Shown here piece by piece: positions 24,001 to 38,400 of a stretch of 64,000 nucleotides of DNA. The stretch is from Octopus sinensis (Eukaryota). Made by a program: the position numbers and the translations under genes. The stretch is from contig NC_043006.1 in the NCBI RefSeq assembly GCF_006345805.1, positions 67,766,001 to 67,830,000 on the forward strand, written 5' to 3'. Position 1 is the first letter of the stretch, and the number at the start of each line of letters is the position of its first letter. The notes below the pieces were generated by a model. It was not told where the DNA came from and did not search any database. It worked only from the letters and a program-made list of their open reading frames with translations.

Positions 24001-27000
24001 AAATGCCCGAATCCTATGATATAATGATGTCATTCAAAACCCAAAATGTATCTTCACACATTTTGTCTAAGGGGAAGATTTTTGTCTCAGGACTATTTCC
24101 GCAGTGGAAGGTCTTATCACATTCAAATGCACTCAAACATGTTTTGTGTGTGAGTGTATGTGTAAATATATATATTGTATACATACTATATATTTGTAAT
24201 TGTTTCAGATTGGAATTATGGGAGACCAAGAAGACAATAAAGGTTTCACACCACTCCATTGGGCCTGCTACAATGGTAAGTATAACCTAATGTTGTTGGT
24301 GGTGCTGGTCTTCAATATCATAGTGATGATGGTAGTTGACAGGGAACTAAACATAATCCTGATATACATTGCATACAACTGAAACAAGTTTCTTCTCCCC
24401 TAAATAAATGCTATATTTTCTGGCACACAAGTTGACATACTATAAAGTTTAATCACGTCATGTAAACATTCAAACATTGTCATTATCTTTACAGATCTTT
24501 TTGCATTCCACATGGGATCTTTGGTCCTCCAGAGTGTCTTGGTTTATAAGCCAGCCTTTTGTTTTTACCCCATAAATTTTGGTCTGAGAAATAAGATACT
24601 TGTTGTACATATATTTCAGCTAACCTCCATCATCACCACTCACACCAGCATAACAGCACTACCCTCACCACAACATAACACCCTGGCCCTCTCCACCATG
24701 ACACTACACCACTGTCCCCAGCCACCACCTCCAACACTCCCCTCACTTCTATATTATTATTATTATATCTGTTGCAGGACATGACAGTTGTATAGAACTT
24801 CTACTTGAACATAAGATGACACAGAGCAAAACCTTATTTACTCCCCTTCATTGTGCTGTGTAAGTATATTCTCTAATCACTTTCCTCCCATACATTCTGT
24901 AACTATTATCATTACCTCTGCCTTAGCGAAGGCTGAGGTATTGTTTTCAGTCATGTTTATTTGTTTGTCAATGGACAAGATATCTCAAGAACCGCTGGAT
25001 GGATTTGGATGAAACTTGTAGGGATGTTTGGCCTCATGACTGGCACAAACTGATTAGATTTAGGGATCGATCCGGTACTGGACAAAGATTCTGAAATATT
25101 TTTTCCAGTTTTTTTACTTAATTTTTGAGAGCGGTCGGGTTCATTTTTAGTATTCTCATTTGTGAGAGCAATTGAGTTTATTTCAGATATTTTCATAAAT
25201 TAAGTACCAGTTGTGTACTGGGGTCGATCTAATCGATGCCCCCACCCCCACCCTCCCTAATTTCAGGCTTTGTGCCTACAGTACAAAAGATTACTATTAT
25301 TGGGATACTGGGATCTATGTAATCAAGCAACTCCTCCCTTAAATTTCTAGTCTTGTGCTTATGTTAAAAACAATGCTTAGTGGCATTTTGTCCATCTATG
25401 TTGTGAGTTCAAATTCCACTGAGGTTGGGTTGAGCACTGTATCTATTGTAGAAAGAATTATTATTATTATTATTGTTATCATCTTTTTGCAGCATAAATG
25501 GTAATGAATCTTGTGTGGAAATTTTGATAGAAAAGTTGGGAGACGATATTGTGAAAGCGACAGATTCCAAGGGCAGGTAACTAAGATTGAGCTCACTTCA
25601 CTTTTCCCCTAACTGCGTTGTAGTTATTTTTTCCTTTTTTTAAATTTTAGTGAGGTCTTTTAAGAAATGTTGTCCCCATCCTACACTGTGGTGTTGCCTA
25701 TCTACTACACTATATGGATATTATCTCTCTTTTCACACTGTGCTCTTGTCTCCAGTATTAAGGACCAGAAATATTAAGACATCAAAGTTGTTATTTAGTC
25801 TTAATCAAGGCAGTCCAACTGTGACCATCTTGTCTTTTTGTGCATCTAGAACTCCATTATCTAATATCTTTTTTTTTTTTTTTTTTTTTAAAGATAGTGA
25901 AGTGAGATTTGAGAAAATTCACATATTTCAGACAAGGAGGGTCTCACGTTGCCTTGTTATAAATATGGTGATGAGAATGACTGCAGTGATAATGATTCTG
26001 TATGTGTGTGTATTTGCAATGTCTGTCAAAAAAAATCTGCAAATCACATGGAGGATTGAGGTGGCACTTGAACCTTCATAACAAACAAGCAGAAAGTGGG
26101 GCCTGTGCTGAAATGAGACATTGCTGCAGTATTTTATGATCAGCTCTTTCTTAACTGCCTTTCAGGGCTCAAAGGTTGTTTAAAATCTCACAAAAGGAAA
26201 GCACAATTATAGGTACAAGAAGAGTTCAAACTCTGCAAGGAATGGACTGCCACCATATACACACACATACATATATATATATGCATATGTATGTGTGTGT
26301 GCGTAGCATTATCATAATCCTTTAACATCCGTTTTCCATGCTGGCATGGGTTAGACCAATCCATGCATATATATATACATGCACACGTACACACGCACAC
26401 ACCTACATGCACACTCACACACTGATGCCCATACTGTTTTGTTTCAGAACACCGTTACATGCGGCTGCGTTTGGTAACCATTATGAATGCATGCAGATAT
26501 TGTTGAACCACGGTGCTGATTGCAACTGTTCTGATCGGATGGGACGGACACCGATAACACTAGCTGCAGCCAACGGTCACTCAACGGTAGTAGGTAGGTC
26601 ACATGATATCATTTACCCACTAAACTTTCCATAAGATGATCGTATAACACCATTACCACAAAAGCTGTAACAGTGTCCAACACACTGACCATTGCAAGGT
26701 GCAATCCAGTGACACCCATATCATTGTCCCTAAGTGATCATAAATACATTTATATAGTTTATACTGACAACTAAAAGATTTCTTTAATACATAACCATTT
26801 CATGCTGACCATCATCATCATTGCTTTACGTCTGCCTTCCATGCTGGCATGGGTTGGATGGTTTAACAGAAGCCTGCACCAGACTTCTCTGTTTTTTTTG
26901 GCAGGGCTCTTACACTTGTTTGTCCTTCCTAACACCAACCACCCAACCACAGCAAAGTGGACTGAGTGCTTTTTATGTGGCAGAAGCACAGGCGAGGTCA

Positions 27001-30000
27001 GTTTTGGTGTGGTTTTTTACTGCTGGATGCCCTTCCAAATGCCAACCACTTCAGAGTGTGGACTGGATGCTTTTTCCGTGGCATCAGCACTGACCATTCT
27101 GTTGTATTAATACTGGATGGCTGCTGTATTATCTCAGATTTTATTTACAATGTTCACTAGAGTATACTTCATCATCGTTGTCATCATTTTAAGGTTTGCT
27201 TTTCCATGTTCACATAGGTTGGACAGGATTTGTTGAGGAGGATTTTCTATGGTCAGTTGACCTTCCTATCAGCAACCCTCACCTGTTTCCAAATATGATA
27301 ATATTTTTCCTTGACCAGACATGTTTTGCACAAGTTTTGGTAATGAAGAACACCGCTTGCACAACAGTGACATTCGTTTACAATTATTATGCAATGTCAT
27401 GGCAAGGAAATTGTTCTTACACACAACTGGCATCTTTCCGTCTACCAAATCCATTAGTAAGGCTTTGGTTGACCTAGGGCTATGGTAGAAAACACTTGCC
27501 CAAGGTGCCACACAATGGTACTGAACCCAGAACCATGTGATTGGGAAGCAAACTTCTTACCTCACAGCCAATGTTGTCCATGGTCACTGCTTAACTGTAA
27601 CAGCTAACCACAATTATATACCTTCAATATCAACATTGACCAGTGGTCTTTGATATACAACTGACCACACACTAGCCTAAAGTAGTCTATGGTATACAAC
27701 TAACCACACTCAACAGTGATCTATATATAACTTGCTTCTTCTTTTACAGAACTGCTGTTGGAAAACGGTGCTGATCTGTCTTTGGTGGACGATGACAAAA
27801 ATACCCCCCTCCACCATGCTTGTATAAATGTAAGATTTGCATATTACTCTTTCTCTTTCTTTCGTCTCTTTGTCTTTGTGTATTTCTCTGCAGTTAAATA
27901 TATTACTCTCTCTCTCTCTCTGTGCTCCTCTCTTTACAGCACCATGCCCATGTTGCTATGCAACTGTTAAAGAAAATAAATGACTCCACGACTGTAAATA
28001 TTGCCAACTCTGAACTGAAAATGTAAGTATTGTGTGTGTGTGTGTGTGTCAACACTACTATGCATGTTAAGAATGTGCGTGTGTGTGTGTTAATACAGTC
28101 AGCTGTGTATGTCAACACTACTAACTGTGTGTGTCATCAGCATCAATTCTCAATATTCTCTTGGCAGAGTTTGAACTCGGAACATAACAACAGACAAAAT
28201 ACCGCAATATTGTTAAATCTATGTGTCAGTACAGTCAGCTGTGTGCATCTCTACATCCATCAGCTACTGAGACAAGACACAAGTTGATTATGGTGTTTCA
28301 TCTATTCTAATCTTGCAATCAAACTCCTGACAAGGCCTCTTTACAGCTAGGTAGACTGAGCATAAAAGGGATAGAGAAATGTCTTTATCACGTCAAGTGT
28401 TGGGTAGGTTTCCAATGAATCATACTCATACCCCCCCACTTCATTGTCCCCTCGTCTATGAAAATGCAACATTCTCACATCTGGGCTTACCATATAAATT
28501 GATGGATTTCCACCCAGTCTTCATCTACCAATTTTCACTCACAAATCTTTGATTGGTCAGAGACTATGATAAACAACCCTTTGCCCAAAGTGCTACACAT
28601 ATGGCTCCAACCTGAGTGTGTTGAATTGTGAAGTGAACCTCTTAACCACTTGGTCATTACCTAACCCCATCCACAGTGATGTGGGTGTAGTAACTAATTA
28701 TTTAGCTTAGCAGTGAGTGAGTGCTGGCACCACATGTGAAGCATCCACGCTGGTCCCATGTATGAAGCTGCACGCTGGCACCACACATGAAGCACTTACA
28801 TCAGCACTGCAGATGAAGCCCCCCGCACATTCCGTAAAGTGGTTGGTATTAAGAAGGGCATCCAGCCACAGAAACCATGCCAAAACAGACGACTGGAGCC
28901 TGGTGCAGCTCTCTAGTTTGCCAGCTTCTGTCAAACCATCCGACCCATTCCAGCATGAAAAGCAAACATTAAATGATGATGATGATGATGATTTGTCTGC
29001 TTGTTTAAAGGTGTGGTGGAAGGATAATTGTAATAGCAATGTTTTGATCAGTAACCCAACGTTAGTGACTTTACAGTCACTGTGCTATACCTAGCAAAAA
29101 CTTGGCACAGTGGCTGTAGCAAAGTTTGAACCTGTGACCAAAGGGATAGGGATTTAGAAACTTAACCATTGACCCTCTTGATCTACAATGATTCATTCAG
29201 AATGTGTGTGAATCTGTTGGATGCATCATTGTTTGTATATGTGTGGTTTGTTTAATGGTAGTAGTAGTAGCAGCAGCTCTACATCATCTCTGATAATACA
29301 GTTCTATATTTTAAGAGATGAAGAATTATGTACATTATTTACATTTGACGGATATTTGTCCTTACCTTGTTGTTGTTAACATAACATTTCGGCTGATATA
29401 CCCTCCAGCCTTCATCAGGTGTCTTGGGGAAATTTCAAACCTGGGTTCTCATTCCTAAGGTATTTTTTGATGTCGTTGTTATTATTATTATTATTATTCG
29501 GGTCACTACCTGGAATCGAACTTGGAATCTTGGGGTTAGTAGCCCATGCTCTTAACCACAACACCCACAGGCATATGGCATAGTGGTTAAGAGCACAGGC
29601 TACTAACCCCAAGATTCCGAGTTCGATTCCAGGCAGTGACCTGAATAATAATAATATCGGAAAATACCTTAGGAATGAGCACCCAGGTTCGACATTTCTC
29701 CCAAGACACCTGATGAAAGCTGGAGGGTGTATCAGCCGAAACGTTGTGTTAACAACAAACAAGATGAGGGCAAATATCCGTCAAATGTAAATAATGTATC
29801 AAATATCCGTCAAATGTAAATAATGTTTAGTCACCTAAACAATTAGGTATGAAGCACAGATCTGTTATTCCAGAGACATGTTGCTCTTGATAAAACTGAG
29901 CAGCTGAGTGCACCCTCTGATATGCAGTGATGAACTGGACATATTATACTCCTCCCACTGACCATTCTGTTTTTGTAAACCTGTACAAAAATGGCCACAG

Positions 30001-30599
30001 CAGAGGTGGGCAAGGTGGACTTGGTCGTGGCCATTATGGTTTCTCTGCACAATATTGATTGCCTGACAGGGATTGTAAAGACTATCCACCACCTTTGAAC
30101 TCTCAGACACTGACATTTCCTTTTTGCTTTGTTTCAGACCTTTACACATTGCTGCCCGGAATGGGTTAGTGGCCATTGTTAGAGAATTACTATTGAAAGG
30201 TTCCAGTGTGATGGCATTAGACGAAAGTGGTAAGTGCACACACACACACACACACATCAGGCATCTGCACTACATTTGTTTCACATATAGATAGATAGAA
30301 TAGTTACAAGCTTCATTAGAATCTAGAGTATGGCTGGGTACCTTAACATTGAGTTAACAGTCAGGTAAAACAACCATTGTCATTTGTTGGTAGTATACCA
30401 CAAGTATGTGCATACACACACACACACACACACAAAGGGAGTGTTGAAAAGTTCCTGGTTTTAAAGGTATTGCAAGGACCACTGCAATAAGTGTATGAAT
30501 CTGAGAGGGGAATATGTTGAATAAAATCATAATTTACTGATCCTCTGTGCTTTCTTTTACTCAAAGCCAGGAACTTTTCACCACCCCTTTGCATATGTA

Positions 30600-30646
<47 letters not shown>

Positions 30647-33600
30647 CTTGGAAATGGATGCATAGCATTCAATCATGTAATAATATAAATTATATATATA
30701 TATAAATGCATATATACATATGTACACACCTACATATATATGTATATATACATGCATATATGGGTACAGGACGTCAAAAAAACATGAACAAAATTAAAAA
30801 CAAGAACATAAAAAAAAACAAAAGCATGGAAAACAACTTGTTTTCGAACGACAAAAGAAACAAATAGAGAAACGAGACAGGCGACAAAGAACAATACCTT
30901 CATCAGTTGTCCCCTGTTTTATCAACTCCACGTTTTGAATGCTGGGAGAAGACGCAACTTTGTTAAAACAGTTGTTCCTGCAAAGCAAATTAAATAAAAT
31001 TTGGGATTTGCAGCGGGTTAAAGTGGTCACAAAAACAGGACAGTAAAAACAAATGGTAAGGGCTGTTAGATAGATATATATACACGTGAGCATACAAACA
31101 AAAGAAGGGCACTCAACACATTTATTGGGAGTTACATGTATGGATCAAACAGTTTGATTCAAATTCCTTTAGTACTTTAAGTTTCAAGTGTGATGCTAGT
31201 CTTCAGCAATTGGAATTAGAGCTGTTTCGGTAGCATTTTATTGATGCATTCACAGATTACATCATAGTATAAATCCACCGTCCTCAGAAAAAAAAAATTA
31301 AGCATGTACAAACAGGCAAGGTAAAAAGCCTTGATGATAACCTATTCAACAACTAACATGATGAACAAGAGATATTGTATTGGCAACTGAAGGTCCTGCC
31401 AGTAACTGTGGCCAAACGGTGACATAAATACTAAAACCACCTCCATCATTATTGTTTTCTTTATTACCAGGTTACACCCCAGCTTTGGCCTGTGCTCCAA
31501 ACAGCCAGGTGGCAGACTGTCTCTCCATTATCCTCAACCACATGATGCCTTTCCACAACAATTCTACGTACAGAATCAACCGTTCCAGTCTAGGTGAGTG
31601 TCTTTGATGTCAGTGTACATGAAACATCTCTACTGTGGATGAAACCTAACAGCTATTGCATGTATGTGAGTGTCTGAGTGTGTGTGTATGTGTGTGGTAG
31701 TTGTATCTTAGAAGCTCAATTCCTTTACTTTATCAATATATATTGACGTTGCTACTGTTGTTGTCGATGTTGTACTGTCAGTATTGTAGGAACCCTACCT
31801 CACACAGCTTTGTTCCACTGCATTGCACCCTTCTGTTGTCAGTGTTCCATGCATGATTGCTTTTATCAGTTTCTATTTGGTGTGTGTAAGATATGTGATG
31901 GTAGTGAAAAACGGACAGTGAATGTAGAGGACTACATGTGGTGCATGGTAGTGAAACATGGTTTTTATTGAGGCTTGTATGTGATGTATGTAATATGTGA
32001 TGGGTTACAGTCATGGATTATGGGCTGTGTATAGAGGACTGTATGTGCTGTGTGTAAAATGAAGTTGTTCGCAAATACACTCCAATCTCTGGTCCATAGA
32101 TAAGCTATCACTTTGTATTTTCACTATGGTGCCCTTTGTTGCTCAGAGCTGGTTGGGCACATACCACTCCCATCCTGGCTCACTCAGCTCTCCTCCTATC
32201 ATCGCCCATATTGTGTGCATCCTACCAAGCATCACTTTAACTACTACACCCAGTTCATTGTCAACAAGACATCAGCCATCTGGAATTCCTTTCCTGCAGC
32301 TATCAACTTCCAAGAATTCAAGCTGGGTATACATGACAACAGTTTCACTGATTTGACAGGGTCTGTGGAGGTCATGGGCACTGCCCTTCCTTTAGACCCA
32401 ACCAACTACTAAAAAAACAAATGTATGCGAGAATTAAATGACAATGTTTTAAGTGCTTCATTACATTCAATACAACTGTGAGACAGCTTTGTTATTATGG
32501 GCATATAACTATAAAAACATGTTACCCATCAGGTGGTGTATTGCCGTGTGTTTGGTATTGCATTGTTTATGCAATTAGGGGTGAAAATGATGTGGGATAT
32601 CATCACAGATTAAATAACCTGTTCAACACATATGAAAATCCTGCTGCATTACAGATTCTTCTTCCAAGTCACATCAGTGTGGAGGCAATATTGAAGATGA
32701 TTAGCAAATCCCAATACATTAACTCAATTCTCTCTCACAATCAACTCCTTCTCTCATTTCATTACAGATTGTGGTCAAGGTGAGAGGGCATAGCACTAAC
32801 TGTAACACTCTGTAATAAATTATTCCTTTGTCTTTCATTTTAAGCTTCAGTGTTCCAAGTTTGAATCCCATCGAGGCGTACTTTGTTTTTCATATTTCCA
32901 GGGTCAGTGAAATAAACAAAGACAAGACAAATGCTGGAATTAACCTAATCATCTGTCTAAGCTCTCCAACCATGTTGATTAATGACTGTATGATGGAGTG
33001 TTCAGATAAGAGTGGCTTTCCTTGAGTGCGGCTACTGCTTAAGTGTGATTATTACGAAGGGTGAGCATACTTCAGAGGTGGACATTTCAAAACAATGCCC
33101 TCCACTTTCTGGTCTGCTGCCCACAACTTTGTTGACAATTTATTGCTCCTGTTGTAATATTTTCAGAGAATTCACCCTCCGGTGATGATGATGATGACGT
33201 TGATGATGAACATCTGAAACCAATGTAATATACACATATATATACACATATAAATACTTATATACATATGTTCTTTATATTTAATTCTGACTAATTCTCT
33301 GAGCCAGTCTGGCCATTACTCCCACCTCTTCCAACTTCAAACATGCTACCATCACCGTTGTCAAGGCAACAGTGGTATTTCAATTTATCCCACCCCATCC
33401 CATAACTTGCATGCACGTGGTCAGTCCTGGCTCGTTCTGGCTTATAACTAATCTATATAACGTAGTTGTAGTGTGGCCCCTGATTCTGCTCTTTCTTCTG
33501 CCTTGTAGAGGTCCTTTGACCAAACACACTGCTTCGTGTATTGTCTCTTTCCATCTCTCTATATCTTTCTCTCTCTCTCCCCCTTTCTCTTTTCATGTAG

Positions 33601-35352
33601 AGAACTATATGTGATGTGCATATGATATTTATATATATATACATATTAGATGTGTATGCCTCTCTCGTGTAGATAGATTAGATCAATAGATATAGAGATT
33701 GAGGTAGATAGATAGAGAGATGTGTGTGTGTTTAGACAAGCAAACAGAAGAAAATGTACTCAATACATGTGATAGTTTATTTGGTTTAAGCTGAAAATTC
33801 AATTCATCCTTCCTCTCAGTTTCTCATCTCTGTCCATTTATTTCAAGCAACAAAGAGATGAATGAAGAAGTCAGGGCTTTGAAATGAGACAAAGGAACAA
33901 AAAGTTGGGGCTATTTCAATGGAATACATGGCACTTTGTTTAATAGTTGAAAGGAGTTCTGTATAGAAATGATTTATCTTTTGTTTTTCTCCTTAACCCG
34001 GCTGAAACTGCCTCTGGATCTCGAGTACAAATGTCTTGTTTTCATAAGTTTTGAATTAAAATCTTCCACCAAACCTTAGTCACAATTTATGTTGCTAACG
34101 CTAGCTTAATGATAACTAAGCTATTTTACTAAATTCTTTGTTATATTTCAAATTAATTGAAAGAAACACAGAGCACCTCAAAATAAATACAGTAACGAAA
34201 GGGTTAATATAGTTATTGGTGGACAATGCCTGATGGAGGAATTACTGCTATGTCTGTATAGGTTGTTGTTTTGGTGATCCTCTTGGCCTGTGTGGGTGGT
34301 AGTTTGTCAAGTCTTTCATAAATATCTGTTATGTCTGCATTTTGAGACCAACTCTTATTTTATCATATAACATTTTGACAAGTTGCAACAGAATATTACA
34401 TTATATATATATATTTTTTTTTTATGTGGGGAAGGGTTTGTTAAAATATGGCTTTTGCAGTTTCAACTATGGACTAAATTATGGAATGATGTCATCTTTA
34501 TTCTCACTTTCCAGATGTACTGGATTTGAGAGATGGAATATATGTTCTCTATATCTTAAGTAATAAGAAGGTTGCTATGGCCTTTTTTTTTTATCTGTTC
34601 TCTATTAGCCCTATATAGTACTTTGGTACCATCTGAGGATGTACTTTTAGCTTTATATGCTAAGGTGTTTTGGGGGCATTTGTCATTAAGTGGATATGCC
34701 ATGATGTTGCTGAAATTGAATTTTTGTTGATTGGTTCAGCGTGTTCCTTGTTCTGCTATTTTCTGTTACAGTGAAATAATTTAATTGCGATGCTTTCCAT
34801 GCAGCTATAACTAACTTTTACATTATTGCTATTAAAGTGATTGTTATATTTATTGATGATAGACTTGTTCTTTGTCAATATGTGTAATTCTATAGCTGTA
34901 TTGACTATTACACTACTGCTAAAAAGTGAGTTAAATCAGGTGGTATATCTTTAGTTTGTTTTGTGTATCTCTGATTTTAGACAAGATACACTGTTCCCAT
35001 GTCTGTTATAAGAGGAAGCTAAAAGGGTTGACATAGGGAAGGGTGTCCAGCCATAAAACCAATGATAAAAGTAGGACTTACTCTATTACATTCTAATTTT
35101 CTTTGAAATAAGTTATTGTTTGTAAATGATTCTTTAGTCACTGCTAATGGTGATTTTTTTTTAAATATAAAAGTATTAAATATACATCTTAATCTTTTTT
35201 TTTATGTGTCCATATGGCCTTTCATATGGTGATATACTGCCAGCCTATATCTCTGTGTCTATGCTGGACAAATTGGTGATTTTATATTTTTAATATATCT
35301 AACACACATGTGCACACACATAAGTATGTATGTATGTGTGTGTGTGTACATA

Positions 35353-35419
<67 letters not shown>

Positions 35420-38400
35420 ATCTAAAGGTGGCAAGCTGGCAGATGTGTTAGGGCACTGGGCAAAATGCTTAGCAGTATTCCAAGATTGACTTTGCCTTTC
35501 ATCCTTTCAGGGTTGATAGAATAAGTACTAGTTGAATACTGAGGTGGGGGGATGTAATTGACTTAACTACTCCTGGGTAAGAGTATAAAAAAATTTTTCC
35601 CTTCTATCAAGCCGTTGGGACAGAATAGGCTTATCAAACCAGTGTGATCTCGAGTTCAAATTCACAGCCTTCACATCAAACTGCAGTTGGTGGAGAGAAC
35701 ATGCTGAGCCATTCGTCCTACAGACAATGGAACATATTGGCAATCCACTCCAATCCAATAGATCTAACATATGCACCATTGAAGTTGCCCTTAGGGCATG
35801 GCAACTCATCACTTACCTTTTTTGTCCAGAATCTCCGGTGAATACACACTAAGAACATACACCTAGAAGTACTGTACACGTCACCGATACCTATGTAGTG
35901 TACATCTCATATACACACCTACACTACCAACAAGCTCAATGGAAACAGTTTATTATTTTCTTTCTTTTTGTTTGTAAATGAAAACTGATTCTTTAATAAA
36001 TAGTGTGTGATGTGTGTATATATCATGCATGTACAGCGTGTGTGTGTGTGTGCGTGCAATGACAGAAGCAGGATCTTATTTATGTTCCCCTTAGAAACTG
36101 AAAGAAGCCTGTCATGTGTGTGTGGTGTGTCCCATTGTCTTGACATAGCATGATTCATTTCCAATCAGCCGTGAAAAGCATATTTGCCCATGGGGGAAAT
36201 AATACCTCTCTTGGGAAAAACATGAGGATCGGCAACAGGTAGAGTGTCCAGCCATAGAAAATTTACAATCTACTTCAAGTAATTGTATGGCTTGTTTGAG
36301 CATGGAAAAAATTGGATGTTAAAATATTATATAAGGTTGGTGTTTTGTGTTGGCAAGACTTACATTATGTAGTGCAGTCATTAAAACGAGTACGGTAAAC
36401 TTGCTGTGAGGAGGAGAAAATCCAACATTTTGTACCCAATTCTTCTTCAGGGTAAAAGATAAGGAATTAATGGAAGACAGCAGAGTTTTACATCCTTAAA
36501 TGATGTAAAACTCTGCTGTGACTCATTGATTTTCATCTTGTCATGGCAAGTTCATTGCAGATTTTTTTTTTCAAGTGCATTACACTATATATTCATGTGT
36601 ATATACACATGCATACATACATACACACATGCACTCATACTGTGCCTATAATATGTATGTTTTGCATGTAGGGGTTGTATTTTCTTTGTTTTTGTTTATT
36701 CTATTCATATGGGTGCATGGCTGTGTGGTTGTAGTTAAGATCACTTCCCAATGCTAAAGTGTCCGGTTCAATCCCACCATATGGCACCTTGGGTAAGTGT
36801 TATCTGCCATAGCATCAGGGGATTGTAAACCTTTTACATAAAATTGGGCAGATAGAAACTGCCCTGGTGATTTGTGGGCCAGCCATTGTATCAATGATTC
36901 TGACTGTGGAATACGCAACTATTTACATACAGTTATACTAATTTTCCACTTGATTATTACTTTAATGGCACATGTGGCTATGGAATACTCTACCACTTAT
37001 ACAATCAAGTAGCAGTTCCTTTGGACTGAGCAATCAATTAGGCAATCATCAAAATCAGAGATCCATTCATATGATCTATGTTACATGTGTATATATTTTA
37101 TAGATATATGCATGTTTTTGTAGCATGTATGTGTATGGCCTGTGTGTACATATGAGTTAGTGGGCGTGTGTGTGCACACATGTATGTTTGGTTATATATA
37201 TATAGCACGGATACTTTCTTATGGTGCCTCATGAAAAGTACCCAGTGCACTCTGTAAAGTGGTTGGCATTAGGAAGGGCATCCAACCATAGAAACCATGC
37301 CAAAACAGACAGTTGGAGCCTGGACAGCTCTCTAGCTTCCCAGCTCCTGTCAAACTGTCTAAGTCCATGCCAGCTTGGAAAACTGACGTTAAATGATGAT
37401 GATATAAGGGTATGTATAAGCCTGTATATATATTTATGCATATCTTCAGTATTTCTCATTGAGAATGCAACAAGAAATCAAAAATTATTCAATCATAACT
37501 ATGTCTAAAGGAAAAAGTATTTTAAATATCATGCAAAACACACACACACACTTGTATATGCATGTAGGTATGCAATGACTATGTATTGTATTATATAAAA
37601 GGTTGACAGTCTACTTTGAGTTTTGCCTCAAGTTGGGCAACTCACTACTGCCTGTCCACTCTACTGGATGTATTGAGTTCTATATCAGATAATGCTTGCA
37701 CTATATAAAATATATTTTAACACACACACACACACACACTATATGTATTTCATAATATATCTCACATATGCTTTTCTGCATTGGACAGATTCATAACACA
37801 GTCCCGTTTTCCATTGCATCACCTTTGAGATACCAGTTTCTAAGATAGCTATGAACATGTCATTGCAGTTCTTCTTTGGTTTATCACTACTAAAAATAGC
37901 TTCCGAGTCCCCCCCCCTCACTTGTTATATACCATGCAGTTAGTCACCTGTTCATATAAAAAAACACGGACTCATCAGGTATTATTTTTGAGACTCATCA
38001 ATAAATTTTCTTGTGAGTCAACATTGCATACTCTCTTGACTAGTCATTTCCTTCTTTTATATATAATCTATGTTTCACTATTATCACTCATCACATAGTC
38101 CTTTCTGTCTCTCTCTCTCATCATATATTTACTCTCTCTCATCATATATTTACTCTCTTTCGTCATATAGTTGCTCTCTCTCGTCATGTATTTTTATTCT
38201 CTTTTTTCTCTCTCTCTCCCTGTATAAATATATATGTACACACACACATTTTGTCCATCTTTACGTTCTGAATTCAAATTCTGCTGAGGTCATCTTTGCC
38301 TTTCATCTATTCAGGGTCAACAAAATAAGTACCAGTTGAACACTGGGGTCAATGTCATTCACTTACTCTGTCCCCGCAAAATTGCTGGCTTTGTTCTAAA

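Larger units (their letters stand above)
29331..29826. mobile_element. Head-to-head palindromic element: tRNA-derived head plus hammerhead-bearing tail (Penelope/retrozyme-like SINE)
   Basis: 29331-29560 is the reverse complement of ~29582-29798. A box TGGCATAGTGG at 29576-29586, B box GAGTTCGATTCC at 29619-29630. Hammerheads at 29705-29750 (+) and 29378-29423 (-). The terminal 27 nt are duplicated at 29800-29826. Confidence 0.8.

Noticed and set aside
29571-29645. Functional tRNA gene (also the SINE heads at 4075 and 7762)
   Set aside because: A/B boxes are present, but there is no complete acceptor stem or cloverleaf and they are embedded in repeats.
28021-30140. IPLH instead of the consensus TPLH across an exon junction as an RNA-editing-corrected site
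   Set aside because: ATA to ACA needs U-to-C, which ADAR cannot perform. Ordinary divergence is the likely explanation.
32655-32704. Possible terminal exon [16 protein letters not shown]
   Set aside because: It is in phase, but the acceptor lacks a pyrimidine tract and nothing else supports it.
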